Source: Pseudomonadota bacterium (GTDB taxonomy: Bacteria; Myxococcota; JACRCW01; JAFGSX01). Taken from it: DNA of 64,000 nt. Below, piece after piece: positions 1 through 10,006 of this stretch. Under the pieces are notes generated by a model. The model saw only the letters and a program-made list of their open reading frames with translations. It did no database searches and was not told the DNA's origin. The translations under genes and the position numbers were made by a program. Where the stretch lies: NCBI GenBank assembly GCA_043821645.1, contig JBDRCO010000046.1:87560-151559 (forward strand), written 5' to 3'. Each line of letters opens with the position of its first letter. The stretch's first letter is position 1.

Positions 1-126
1 CTTCGGAGCGAGAGAGCCTCTCTGTGCGGCTGCAGGCACAAACCATAAGCATTCCGTCCATGAACCGAGCTCTGGGAGGCCGACTGCCAGCGCCAGCCTT
101 CGAGCCTCGCGGCCTTGAATCTCGGT

Positions 127-3100
127 CTAGGGGGCTGCGGAGAGTACCAGCTGGGTCGAGGTTCGCGCCTCGACGCGCTCGCCCAGGGCTCGCAGTGCAG
201 GTTCCTGCTCGACCTCGACGCGGCCATAGGGCACGTCGATCTCGCGCTTCACCTCCAGGGCGTCGCCGCGCAGGTGGGCGTGCTGGTGGTAGCGGCCAAA
301 AGGCCCTTCCTCGGCCAGCTCCGCCGGCATGCTGCGTGGGCGCAGGCCTGCAGGGAGGTGCAGGATCACCTGCGCTGTCTCGTGATGGGGATCCATCAGC
401 ACGGCCACGCTGCGCTGACCCACGCGCAGGTAACTGGCGGGCGCAGCGCGTTCGCCGCCGAGAACCAGCGACAGTGACGGCAGAAAGCGGGCGATGACCA
501 GGTCACCGTTGTTTGCCAGGGCATAGCTCGCCACGTCGAAGCGCGCGCGGAGGGCCAGAGGCTGCAGGTCGTCGTCGAGAGCGTCGATGGCGAAGTCGTG
601 CAGCGCGGCGCCAGGGAAGATGCTGCCGAACCAGCCCTCGATGGCGCGGGCCGTATCGTCGAGGGGGACCGCGCGCAGGCGCTGCCGCAGGTATCCCGCC
701 AGCGGAGACTGCACGACCATGTGCAGGGATCCGTCAAGCCGTCCGCTCCCGTCGAGGGTCGCCTCGACGTTCATCCGCGAGGGGGCGCGGCACACCCAGG
801 TGTCGGGCACCGGCTGCGCGCGGCCGAGCTGCGGCGCCGTCGCCAGCACGGGGTCGACCTCGACCCAGTGGCCTCCCCGAGCCTGGGCAAACCACCCGTC
901 GAGAGCCACGTTGCGTCCCGCCAGCACGAGCGGCCGGTCGCCTCTGGCCGTGTGGTGCAGCAGCACGCGTTCGGGCAGCTCGCTGTCCGGCCAGTCCACG
1001 ACAGGTGCAGGCGAGGCGCGGTGCAGGGCGACCCAGCGAAGGTCGAGTCCCACCTGGCGGCCCGCCGCTCGCAGCAAGGCCTGGCGATCGCCACGGCCGG
1101 CGGCCAGGATGGTGACCGGGTCGCGTTCCGGGCCAGGGTCGCGGACCCGACGCACCACGGCCTCGACCAGGGCGCGAAGCCGAGAATCGTCCCCTCGCTT
1201 GCCGGCAACAGCGTCGCGGGCGAAGCGATCCAGGTCGGCATTCGTGCGCTCGGCCTCGGCCAGGCTGCGCAGCGCGCGTCGCGCGTAGAGTCCGATGTCG
1301 ACACCGTGGCTGGCGGTCACGTGAGGCAAGACCTCGACCGGGGAGGGGGCAAAGGGCTGCGTGCGATGGGCTGGCACGTCGCGGGCTTCGAACTGAAGGC
1401 GCACCTGGTCGTCGTCGACCTGGCGCTGCGGCGGTGGCAGGCCGAGGGAGTGGATCTGAAGGCGGCTCATCTCGGAAGAGGGACCCACCAGCACGAGCTG
1501 GCTGCAAAAGATCGGGACCTGGGTCGCAAAGAAGAAGCGCACGAGCTGGTCGTGATCGACGGCATCGGGCCATTGCTCCTGGATCCAGTGCAGCTCGATG
1601 AAGTCCCCCACGTCGATGCCGGACAGCGACACGTCGCCACTGCTGTGGGCCGCCTCGGGTTCGATCACCCGGCCATCGGCCTTGATCACCCGCAGGGCGC
1701 GCAGCTCGGCACCGGCGGGTGGCCGCACCTCTCCGAGCTGGCTGGCGGCTTCCTTGCTTTGCACGCGCAGGATCTGGTGGGTGATGCGCAGGCCGCCGCC
1801 GCCACCGGTGAAGATCTGCGCCGCAGCGTCGAGAACAAACACGAAGGGAAAGCCCGCGTAGAGCTCCGGGTGGGCGCTGGAGTGCGCGCCAAAATCCGCG
1901 ACCAGCGCGGCGGTGTCGACGCGAAGGTGGCGATCCGGATCGAGCCCGGACGCGCGCTCGCGCAGGTGTTGCCACGTGGGGAGACCGAGCCGGATCGCCT
2001 CGGCGCGCCGCAGGGCCGCCTCGAGGTCACCGCGCGCGCGGCCGGCGCGAACGAGCCAGCGCGCAGCGAGCAGGTCGCGTGGGAACATCTGCAACCTGTC
2101 GTCGACGCGCCGCTGCACGCCATCCCAGCCCTCGACTGCCAGCGCGACCTCCAGCAACTGTTCGAAGCCCGGGCGATCCGGGGCCAGCTCAAAGGCCTGT
2201 TCATAGGCCTTCAAGGCGCCGGCCAGGTCACCCTGCTCGCGAAGTCTCTGGCCGCGGCGTGCACTGAAGAGTGTGGTGCTGCTGTCGAGCTGGGCCTGTC
2301 GCGCCTCGACGGCGCGCTGCACCATTCCCCGACGTTCGAAGAAGCCCACCGCGTAGCCCAGGCTGGTCTCACCGGGGGCCAGGGCGAGGCTGCGATCGAG
2401 AGCCGCCAGGGCCGGAACGGGGAGCCCGCGCCGTGACAGCATGTCGTGCACGCGGCGCTGTCCCCAGGGGTAGTCAGGGTGCGCGGCGACGAGGTCCTGC
2501 ATGCGTTGCAGTGCCTCGTCCTGGCGCTCATCTTGATCCAGAAGGGCCAGGCGATAGCTCGCGATGAGGTGCTGCGGCTGGTGCTCGAGGGTCGCGGCCA
2601 GGGCACTCCGCATGTCGAGCTGGCGACTGGTCTCGGGCAGGGTGGGGTCACTGCGCGTGCCCTCGGCCAGGGCGAACCAGGCTGCAGCGCTGTCCGGGAA
2701 GCGTGTGGCGAGCTGCCGGGCCAGCACCCGGGCGCGTTCACCGTCGTCGAGCAGGTCGCCAGTCCAGGCGCCGACCAGGCGCAGCGCTCGCCAGGGATCG
2801 CGATCCACGTCCAGGCCAGCCTCGAGCCAGGTCGCGGCCGTGCTCGGCACGGGTCCCAGCTGCGACAGGGTCGTCGGTCCGTCGTCGGGTGGGTGCGCTT
2901 GCCAGCGATCCACCGCGCTGCGACCGCTCCTGTCCAGGGCCCAGAGCGACAGGCTGTCGCCCGAACCGGCGGGCAGCACCAGCGCCCGAAGGTGGTGCCA
3001 GCCCTGTGCCAGCTGCAGGCCGACCAGCACACTACCCGGGCGGGCGCGCAGCCACCTGTCCCTGTCCACCACCACCAGTCCGTCGACCAGGATGCGGGCA

Positions 3101-3918
3101 GTCTGCGGCACCTGCCACAGCAGGGCCGCGCTGCTGTCGGCGGGAACATGAACCCAGCTCTCGACGAGCTGCACCCCGAGCGGATCCGCGGTCGCCAGCA
3201 TCAGGCTGGCTTCCCCGGTGCGCCTTTCACGACAGGCGGGGTGGTCGACGGGGCCCTGGGCCAGGTCCTGGCGCGCGCGCCGAAAACTCTCCACGCTGTC
3301 CGGGGCCATCTCGGGGCACACGCGCCAGGTGCGGATGGCACCCGCGCGGTCCAGGACCTTCTGGTACGCGGCGACATCCTTGCGCTGGGCGGCCACGGTG
3401 AGGCCTGCCCGGGTGGCGGCGATGGCTAGGCCGAGGCAGCTCGCGGTGTTCTCGACCTGCTGCGCGCAGCGCTGGCGGGCCCGCTCCAGCGCAGCCGCGA
3501 CGGTGGCGTCGGTGTCCCGGGTTTGATCAAGGGTCAGCAGCAGCTGGCTCGCCGCGAGTTCTGCCAGCGGGCTGCCTGGGACCCATTCCAGGACCTGAGA
3601 ACAGCTGGTGAGGATGGCCGGGTAGTCGCGCCGAGCTGCTGCCAGCTCACAGGCCAGCAACGCGCCGCGTGGCGGTGTGGCCGGAGGCGCAGGCAGTTTG
3701 CCCAGCAGGGCCCGGGCGTGATCGTCATCGCTGAAGAAGGCGGCGAGCTCGGCGCGCTCGACGAGAGCGACGACGTCCCCAGGCGTGCGCGTGAGCAGCT
3801 GGTCCAGGACCTCGGCACGTCGGCGTGCCGCCGGGGACTGTGTGCTCGCCGGGTCCAGGTGCTGCTCGCTGGCGCAGGCCAGCAGCAGGCTCGTCAAAAG
3901 CACGGCGCTGCGGGTCAC
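127..3918 (-). CDS. Large TPR + DUF3857/transglutaminase-like-fold lipoprotein, catalytic residues apparently lost
   Basis: Lipobox LLLAC, helical TPR-like segments, DUF3857-like region (VFVLD...LRVIKADGRVIEP...IDVGDFIE). Architecture parallels the neighbouring gene, but GRGDRQALL replaces the GDCKDKA motif. Confidence 0.75.
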   Translation of the reverse strand: MTRSAVLLTSLLLACASEQHLDPASTQSPAARRRAEVLDQLLTRTPGDVVALVERAELAAFFSDDDHARALLGKLPAPPATPPRGALLACELAAARRDYPAILTSCSQVLEWVPGSPLAELAASQLLLTLDQTRDTDATVAAALERARQRCAQQVENTASCLGLAIAATRAGLTVAAQRKDVAAYQKVLDRAGAIRTWRVCPEMAPDSVESFRRARQDLAQGPVDHPACRERRTGEASLMLATADPLGVQLVESWVHVPADSSAALLWQVPQTARILVDGLVVVDRDRWLRARPGSVLVGLQLAQGWHHLRALVLPAGSGDSLSLWALDRSGRSAVDRWQAHPPDDGPTTLSQLGPVPSTAATWLEAGLDVDRDPWRALRLVGAWTGDLLDDGERARVLARQLATRFPDSAAAWFALAEGTRSDPTLPETSRQLDMRSALAATLEHQPQHLIASYRLALLDQDERQDEALQRMQDLVAAHPDYPWGQRRVHDMLSRRGLPVPALAALDRSLALAPGETSLGYAVGFFERRGMVQRAVEARQAQLDSSTTLFSARRGQRLREQGDLAGALKAYEQAFELAPDRPGFEQLLEVALAVEGWDGVQRRVDDRLQMFPRDLLAARWLVRAGRARGDLEAALRRAEAIRLGLPTWQHLRERASGLDPDRHLRVDTAALVADFGAHSSAHPELYAGFPFVFVLDAAAQIFTGGGGGLRITHQILRVQSKEAASQLGEVRPPAGAELRALRVIKADGRVIEPEAAHSSGDVSLSGIDVGDFIELHWIQEQWPDAVDHDQLVRFFFATQVPIFCSQLVLVGPSSEMSRLQIHSLGLPPPQRQVDDDQVRLQFEARDVPAHRTQPFAPSPVEVLPHVTASHGVDIGLYARRALRSLAEAERTNADLDRFARDAVAGKRGDDSRLRALVEAVVRRVRDPGPERDPVTILAAGRGDRQALLRAAGRQVGLDLRWVALHRASPAPVVDWPDSELPERVLLHHTARGDRPLVLAGRNVALDGWFAQARGGHWVEVDPVLATAPQLGRAQPVPDTWVCRAPSRMNVEATLDGSGRLDGSLHMVVQSPLAGYLRQRLRAVPLDDTARAIEGWFGSIFPGAALHDFAIDALDDDLQPLALRARFDVASYALANNGDLVIARFLPSLSLVLGGERAAPASYLRVGQRSVAVLMDPHHETAQVILHLPAGLRPRSMPAELAEEGPFGRYHQHAHLRGDALEVKREIDVPYGRVEVEQEPALRALGERVEARTSTQLVLSAAP

Positions 3919-6900
3919 GGTGCACCTCCGACGGTCTGAGGGGACCTGACCAGCTCGAGGCGCTGCTGCATGGCCGCGTCGGCACGAAGGCAGGCTTCCC
4001 GAAATCCCTGGTAGTCGGCGACGGGAACGCGACGCGAAGGCAGCTCGGTGACCTCGTCGACGAGCACGCCCTCGGCCGTGGCCTCGATGCGCTGCTCGAA
4101 CACGAGATGCGGGGTGGTGATGCGCACGGGCTGGGGGAGTGCGCGACCCCGCACGCCCGGGGGGAGGGTGTAGTGCATCACATTGCGCGTGCGCCAGGGG
4201 TGGTCGAGGACGAGGTCAGTGCGGCGCTGCGGGCTGGACGCATAGGCCGAGGCCAGGCCGTGGGGATACAGCGATATCGGAAGTCGCCAGCCGCCATCGA
4301 CGGGCTGGGCGCGCGCGGGCAAGCTGGCCTCGAAGCGATACCAGACCTCGGCATTGAGATCGTCAAGATCCGAGAACTCGACCGCGTGCACCACGGCTCC
4401 GGCAAAGCCCTCGCTGACCTCTCGCTCGAGGTGTTCCTGGCGCGTGGCCGGGTCCTCGAACTGCCGGCGCAGGCGGGCGGCGCGGGCACCCCAGAATCGT
4501 TCCGTGCCGCTCAGGCGTGCCGTGCCCTTGTCATCGAGGGCGATGCGGTACTCGGAGGTGTTGAGGTTGCGCGCCGCGGGCTGCAGCGGGATGTGCACGA
4601 GTTCGCCGCTACCGTCGCGACCCACGCGCAGGGCCATCGCCCCCTGGTCGACGGTCGGCAGCTCATCGAGGCCGGAGAATTCCGCCGTGCCGTCGAGGTA
4701 CAGGTCCAGGGCCGGCACGTAGGCGATGGCGTGATTGAAGGCCCACATGGACGCGGGCTCGCGGGCCAGCTCGCCCAGGTTGACCGTGCGCAGGAGCACC
4801 AGCCTGGCCTCGACGCCGACCTCACCCAGCATGGCCACCAGCAGCGTCGCCTTGTCCTTGCAGTCGCCGTAGCCGCGGCGATGCACCACCGAGGCGCGGT
4901 AGGGCTTCCAGCCATGGATGCCGAGCTCGATGCCCACATAGCGCGTCTTCTTGACCACGTGGTCGTGGATACGCCGCACGCGCTCTCGCGTGTCGTCGAG
5001 CGCGACTCCATCGACCAGGTGCTGCGCCAGGGCCCGGGTACTGTCGTCAAGCTGGTACTGATCCTCGATGAGCTGGGCATACCAGTGCAGCATCTCCTCC
5101 CAGCTCTGGTAGGTGCTCACCGAGAACCAGGGAACGGTCTCGAGCCAGGGCGGCATCAGCGGCTCGATGGGATGGCCGGGCAGATTGTCGACGGTGAAGT
5201 GGTGCGCGATCCACGGTCCTCCGTCGTCCTCGACCTCGTGCCGGAGACCCTGCACGTGGACGTACAGCGGGCGCGATCTCGGGGCCAGGACCGTGTGACT
5301 GTAGTGAAGCACGGGCCACTGGCGCTGCGCCGTGAGGATCTGCCCGAAGAAATCGCCGAACAGGTTGACCTCGCCCACGGCCTCGACACGGCTGCGCACG
5401 CGCACGATGTCACCGGTCTGCAGTTCTCCGAACTCCACGACCATGGCCGCGCGATCGCTGTAGACGCCTTGGCTGCGGCCACTCGAGCCGCTGTCGCGCA
5501 CACGGTCTGGCGGCAAGGAGAGGCCCCGGGCATCGATGCGCTCGGCGAGCTGCACCGAGGCGATCTCGCGCCCCGGGGAGTAGGGCACGCCTTGCTTCCG
5601 CAGCACCTCGGCGCGGCCTGCGTCGAGCAAGCGCAGGGAGATCTCCTCGTCGGTGCGGTAGAGCCCATTTTCGAACAGACGGGTGACGCTGCGCTGCTGC
5701 AGCACCACGGCGCCAAAGGCCCGGGCACTGTCGGGAACCTGCAGTCGACGCAACGCGGTGACGTCGATCGCGGGAAGCATCGAGGTGTCGGACGCACGCG
5801 TCAGGGCCTCCAGACGCCGGCGCAGCTCGGGTTGTTGCGGACGGCGCGCCAGGCTGCGTTGCCAGGCACGGGCCGCACCATCGCGGTCACCCGCCAGCAG
5901 CCGGGTCTCGCCGAGGGCTTGCGAAAACTCCGCATGATCCGGGAAACGCTGCGCCATCTCCTCGAGCAGTCGCGTCGCCTCGTCGTGGCGGTCGTTCCAG
6001 GCCAGGCGATGGGCCAGTCTCAGGCGCGGACCAGGAGCCTGGGGATCGCAGGCGATGAAGCGCCGCTGCAGGGCCAGCACGCGCTCGAGATCACCGGCCA
6101 CCTCGGCCCCGTGGAGCAGGACCCGCAGCGCACCGCTGTCCGTGGCGTCGTGCTCGAGCATCGCGGTTGCGAGCTCCCGGGCTTCGCGGTGCCGTCCGGC
6201 CTCCTCGAGGTCATGCATCCAGCGCCGGGCGACCTCGGGCCCTCCGGCCACACCAGTGGTGGTCCTGTGGGCGTGGACAAAGCGCTCGATCAGTTCCCGG
6301 GCCTCGTCGTCATCGGGATCCCGCTCGCGCAGGGTCTCGACGAGGGTCAGCAGCGCCAGCGGATCCCCTGGCTCCAGGGTGTGGGCTTGCCGCAGCGAGG
6401 GCAGCGCCTCGTGATACAGCATGCGCCCCTGGCGGTGCTTGCCCAGGGCCAGGTGGGCAGGACCCAGCTGTGGGTTCACCCGCAGGGCGCGCTCGAAGGC
6501 CTCGCGGCCGGCGTTGGGATCGTGCACCGAGAGCGCGTGGCCGAGCAGAAGCAGCACCCAGGCATCGTCTGGACGCAGCGTGAGGGCCTGACGCAGAACG
6601 ACGGCCTGGGGCGTCGGGTCCGCCCGCAGGTCGGACGCGTGGAGTGCGGTCTGGGTCCTGGCCAGATCGACCAGGGCGTCGGCGCGCTGGTTGCCTCGAC
6701 GTCCCTGGGCGCGAGCCTCCAGGGCCGGGATGAGATCCAGCACGGACCGCGCAGTCACTGCATGCCCCTTCATCTGCAGCGGGGTCGCGGGTTCCGGAAG
6801 CGCGACCCGCACGTCGGTTGGCACTGCGGAACCATCGAGGGCCGTGAGCCGCACCGTCGTCTTGAAGCCCCGGTCCAGGCTCCCGAGCTGCACCAGCACG

Positions 6901-7643
6901 GGTGTGCGACCCGCGGCCACATGCAGACCCACCGCGTGCTGCTCGAAGCTCCAGGCGTGGCGCTCGTCGAAGCAGCGCCGGGGCAGGGTGCCGACGTGCA
7001 GGCACAGCTGATCGGTGGTGCCCAGGCGCAGGGCCAGGTCGACCGCGCGCGGCGCCTCGATCTCGAACAGGAGCAGGGCCGCAACCTCGTCCGCAGGATC
7101 GAGCAGGGCACCGAGATCGAGGTAGCCCTCGGTGTCGCCGGCTTCGACCCGGCGCCAGGACACCGGACCGAGCTTGCCAGCCGCGGGCGCCGACAGGTCC
7201 AGCAGGTCCGGGTCGACGGGGAGTCCGGCGAGACCCGAACCTCCGGTGTTGTCCAGAGGTCCCAGCAGCCAGAACCTGGTGACCAGGCCGGTGTCGGCGA
7301 GCAGACGCCGGGCCCGGGCATCGTCGCCGGCGCGTCGGGCCCTCCGGGCGGCCAGGGCGCGGGCGTGGTCGCGCAGCGCCGGGAAGCTCCGCGGGTCCTC
7401 GGCGATGTGGTCGACGAGGGCGTCGAGGGCCGTGGTGTCGACCAGGTGGGCGCGGAGCCACAGCAGCCGATGGAGGTCCGCGAAGCCATCGAGGGTGCGC
7501 GAATGCGCGCGGAGGGCTGCCAGGGCAGAGGTCCACTCGCGCTCGAGAGAGGTCGGCGTGGTGCTGGGGTGCGCGCCGACCAGCAGCAGCGCAAGGGCCA
7601 GGGTCGCGGCGAGACGGCCGGGTACGCGGTGGCGGGGCGTCAT
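3915..7643 (-). CDS. TPR + DUF3857 + transglutaminase-like (papain fold) exported protein
   Basis: Signal peptide, TPR repeats, motifs RYVGIELG, YGDCKDKATLL, FNHAI, YLDGT (Cys-His-Asp triad). Confidence 0.85.
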   Translation of the reverse strand: MTPRHRVPGRLAATLALALLLVGAHPSTTPTSLEREWTSALAALRAHSRTLDGFADLHRLLWLRAHLVDTTALDALVDHIAEDPRSFPALRDHARALAARRARRAGDDARARRLLADTGLVTRFWLLGPLDNTGGSGLAGLPVDPDLLDLSAPAAGKLGPVSWRRVEAGDTEGYLDLGALLDPADEVAALLLFEIEAPRAVDLALRLGTTDQLCLHVGTLPRRCFDERHAWSFEQHAVGLHVAAGRTPVLVQLGSLDRGFKTTVRLTALDGSAVPTDVRVALPEPATPLQMKGHAVTARSVLDLIPALEARAQGRRGNQRADALVDLARTQTALHASDLRADPTPQAVVLRQALTLRPDDAWVLLLLGHALSVHDPNAGREAFERALRVNPQLGPAHLALGKHRQGRMLYHEALPSLRQAHTLEPGDPLALLTLVETLRERDPDDDEARELIERFVHAHRTTTGVAGGPEVARRWMHDLEEAGRHREARELATAMLEHDATDSGALRVLLHGAEVAGDLERVLALQRRFIACDPQAPGPRLRLAHRLAWNDRHDEATRLLEEMAQRFPDHAEFSQALGETRLLAGDRDGAARAWQRSLARRPQQPELRRRLEALTRASDTSMLPAIDVTALRRLQVPDSARAFGAVVLQQRSVTRLFENGLYRTDEEISLRLLDAGRAEVLRKQGVPYSPGREIASVQLAERIDARGLSLPPDRVRDSGSSGRSQGVYSDRAAMVVEFGELQTGDIVRVRSRVEAVGEVNLFGDFFGQILTAQRQWPVLHYSHTVLAPRSRPLYVHVQGLRHEVEDDGGPWIAHHFTVDNLPGHPIEPLMPPWLETVPWFSVSTYQSWEEMLHWYAQLIEDQYQLDDSTRALAQHLVDGVALDDTRERVRRIHDHVVKKTRYVGIELGIHGWKPYRASVVHRRGYGDCKDKATLLVAMLGEVGVEARLVLLRTVNLGELAREPASMWAFNHAIAYVPALDLYLDGTAEFSGLDELPTVDQGAMALRVGRDGSGELVHIPLQPAARNLNTSEYRIALDDKGTARLSGTERFWGARAARLRRQFEDPATRQEHLEREVSEGFAGAVVHAVEFSDLDDLNAEVWYRFEASLPARAQPVDGGWRLPISLYPHGLASAYASSPQRRTDLVLDHPWRTRNVMHYTLPPGVRGRALPQPVRITTPHLVFEQRIEATAEGVLVDEVTELPSRRVPVADYQGFREACLRADAAMQQRLELVRSPQTVGGAP

Positions 7644-9439
7644 GGTGCCGACGGCGCAGTCACGGGTGTGGCACGACGCCGCGAACGCGTCAGGGGGCCT
7701 TCGAGCACACGCAGGGTCGACCTCATGCGGGGGTTGGCGAGGAACCCCGCGAGCATCAACTCCGGCCTGATGAGCGGATCGAAGCGCCGGATCTCCGCCG
7801 GGCGGTGGGTCAGCACGAGCTTCTCGATACGGGCCGCGAGCCGGGTCGTGGCGACGAGGAGCGAACGCCGGGGTCCTATCTGTAACTGGATCTTTTCCTC
7901 GGGCAGGAAGCTCAGCGGGTCCACCGCGAGCAGATCGCGCTCGATGGCGTCGAAGTAGGGTGGTGGCGCGCCGAAGCGGCGAATCTCGCTGGTGTCGAGC
8001 ACCGAGCTATCGTGACTCCTCGACGAGGAGAATGCGGCGCGTGTGTGCTCGACCAGTTCCCGGCACATGGCCTGCACTGTCGCCGTCTGATCGACCTCGA
8101 TCAGATCCTCGACCACCTGGCCAGCCAGGTTCTGTTCGAGCGGCGCGCCGAGCATGGCCAGTACGCTGGGTCCGAGCTGCAGCAGATCGACCTGCACCTC
8201 GCTGGGCGGCGTGCCCAGTCCTCGGATCCACATCGCGGCACTCCCGCCCAGACCTGCCGGGTGACCGTCGTCGTCGAAGGTGATGCCATCCTCGGCCACG
8301 ATGGCTAGGGCAGAACCTGGTTCCAGCTCGAGGAGACCGGCAACGCGCTTCACTGCGGAGCGCCAGGGCCCGGCCTGGGTGGCCCACAGATCCGCGGCAT
8401 GGAACCGATCACCGCTCAGGGCGTCGCCATCCTTCTGCAGGTGCAGAGGGTCTCGACCCTGCACCACGGTGTAGCGAAGTTGCGCGGCACCGCGGCTCTC
8501 GAGACGCGCGCTGCCATCCCGGTTCACCACGGTCAGCACCTGCCCGGCTGCACCCGCGGCCTGGCGGGCCACCACCAGCGCCACACCTTCGATCATGGCC
8601 AGCTCGCGGAGGACCGCCGGACCGCTGCGACGGCCGCGCGCGGTCGCGTCCAGCAGCTCCTCGAAGGTGGACGGAGCCGGTGTGACGCCGGCCGGCAGGG
8701 TCCGACGGGGCTGCACCAGGGCCACACCACCGCGATGGCGCACATCGAGAGGAGAGAATGCGTGCAGGAGATTTTTCAGGCGCCCCTGCCGTCGCTCGCG
8801 GGGCGGGAGCAAAGGGGCAAGCACCCTGTCCACGTCGATCCGACGCGGGCTGTCGACGAGCCCAGCCGGCGAGACGAGGATGAAGCTGCTGTGATCGAGC
8901 AGACCGCGCGCCTGGTACCAGGTGACCAGGGCGTCGACCTCGTGGTCGAGCTGGGCCAGGGCTGCCGTGGCTTGCACGCTGGCGCGGCCGTGGCTGCTGG
9001 CCAGCCGAGCAAAACGCGCGTCATGGGCGACCACCAGCACCGGTGGCAGTGCGTCCTGAGGGATCCTCTGCAGCGCCGCCAGCACGCTCGTGAGGTCGCG
9101 GCCACTTGCGGTGACCTGGCCAGGGCCATCCAGACCCTCCAGTTCCGGGGGCAGCAGGCAGTCTCCCGTGAGGAGACTCTGCGGGCGACCGGTCGCGACG
9201 CTGCAGGCTTCTCCGACCCCGCGCTGTGGCCACCAGGCGCTCGAGGGCAGGTGCCGTCCCGCGTCGACGAACTGGCGGCGGATCGCTGCCAGGGCGCCCA
9301 CCTTGAGGCGTGCCTCGAGCTCGCCATCCCCCAGGCCGTCGACGACGAGCAGGACGGCGTGCCGACCCGTGTACCAGTTCGGTGTCGCCGAGGAGATGGC
9401 GGCGGTGAGCAGCAGCGCAGGTACGAGCAGCACGATCAC
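7640..9439 (-). CDS. Alkaline phosphatase / nucleotide pyrophosphatase superfamily-like exported protein, degenerate
   Basis: Signal peptide, VLLVVDGL, ATGRP, ALAQLDHEV. FILVSPAG replaces the usual SDHG. GTG start. Confidence 0.6.
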   Translation of the reverse strand: MIVLLVPALLLTAAISSATPNWYTGRHAVLLVVDGLGDGELEARLKVGALAAIRRQFVDAGRHLPSSAWWPQRGVGEACSVATGRPQSLLTGDCLLPPELEGLDGPGQVTASGRDLTSVLAALQRIPQDALPPVLVVAHDARFARLASSHGRASVQATAALAQLDHEVDALVTWYQARGLLDHSSFILVSPAGLVDSPRRIDVDRVLAPLLPPRERRQGRLKNLLHAFSPLDVRHRGGVALVQPRRTLPAGVTPAPSTFEELLDATARGRRSGPAVLRELAMIEGVALVVARQAAGAAGQVLTVVNRDGSARLESRGAAQLRYTVVQGRDPLHLQKDGDALSGDRFHAADLWATQAGPWRSAVKRVAGLLELEPGSALAIVAEDGITFDDDGHPAGLGGSAAMWIRGLGTPPSEVQVDLLQLGPSVLAMLGAPLEQNLAGQVVEDLIEVDQTATVQAMCRELVEHTRAAFSSSRSHDSSVLDTSEIRRFGAPPPYFDAIERDLLAVDPLSFLPEEKIQLQIGPRRSLLVATTRLAARIEKLVLTHRPAEIRRFDPLIRPELMLAGFLANPRMRSTLRVLEGPLTRSRRRATPVTAPSAP

Positions 9440-9441
9440 CT

Positions 9442-9870
9442 CTACAGGATGCGGCAGAAGGTCAGCTCGGAGCCGCCGAAGTCAAACAACAAACCCAGGC
9501 GCACGCCCGCCGCGCCCAGGCCTTGCAGGACATGGTCCTTGAAGCGCACGTCCAGGTGACCCTGGGCCATGACCTTGACCAGCAGCGCGTCGTCGACCAG
9601 CACGTCCGCCATGTAGCTGCCGACCACCTCGCCGCGGAAAGCCACGCTCAGGGCGACGTTCTTCTGGCAGCGTACCGCGCGTCGTCGCAGCTCGACCACC
9701 AGCGCATTGCGGTACACCGTGACGTCGTAAAAGGGCCCCAGGGCCGAGCGCACCGCCAGTGCACTGTCGACCACCTCAGCAGTTAGCCGATCGCGCAGCA
9801 CCTCCTCGGGGAGGGCGGGCGCGGTGCGGCGTGCGAGCCGGGTCGAGTTGCGAGACTGCGCGCTGGTCAT
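9442..9870 (-). CDS. GxxExxY-family (PD-(D/E)xK-like) protein, degenerate
   Basis: ALAVRSALGPFYDVTVYRNAL...FRGEVVGSYMADVLVDD...GLLFDFG follows the GxxExxY pattern. ATG at 9870 is preceded by GAGAGGA. Confidence 0.7.
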   Translation of the reverse strand: MTSAQSRNSTRLARRTAPALPEEVLRDRLTAEVVDSALAVRSALGPFYDVTVYRNALVVELRRRAVRCQKNVALSVAFRGEVVGSYMADVLVDDALLVKVMAQGHLDVRFKDHVLQGLGAAGVRLGLLFDFGGSELTFCRIL

Positions 9871-10006
9871 CGTCCTCTCGCGTGGGTTCGCCCTCCACGA
9901 TAGAACGGTCCGGTCGCGGGGTCGAGCGAGCGCTGGCCCGCTCCCGTTCCATCCCGGCGCTGCCCACCGGTCAAAGGCCTGGGGACCGCCGCAGCTCAAC
10001 AGGCTT

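Noticed and set aside
3825-7958. 1377-aa plus-strand ORF, and similar long ORFs such as 598-2436, 9824-11674, 35891-39244 and 22665-24401
   Set aside because: They are antisense shadows of real genes in high-GC DNA and show no recognisable motifs.
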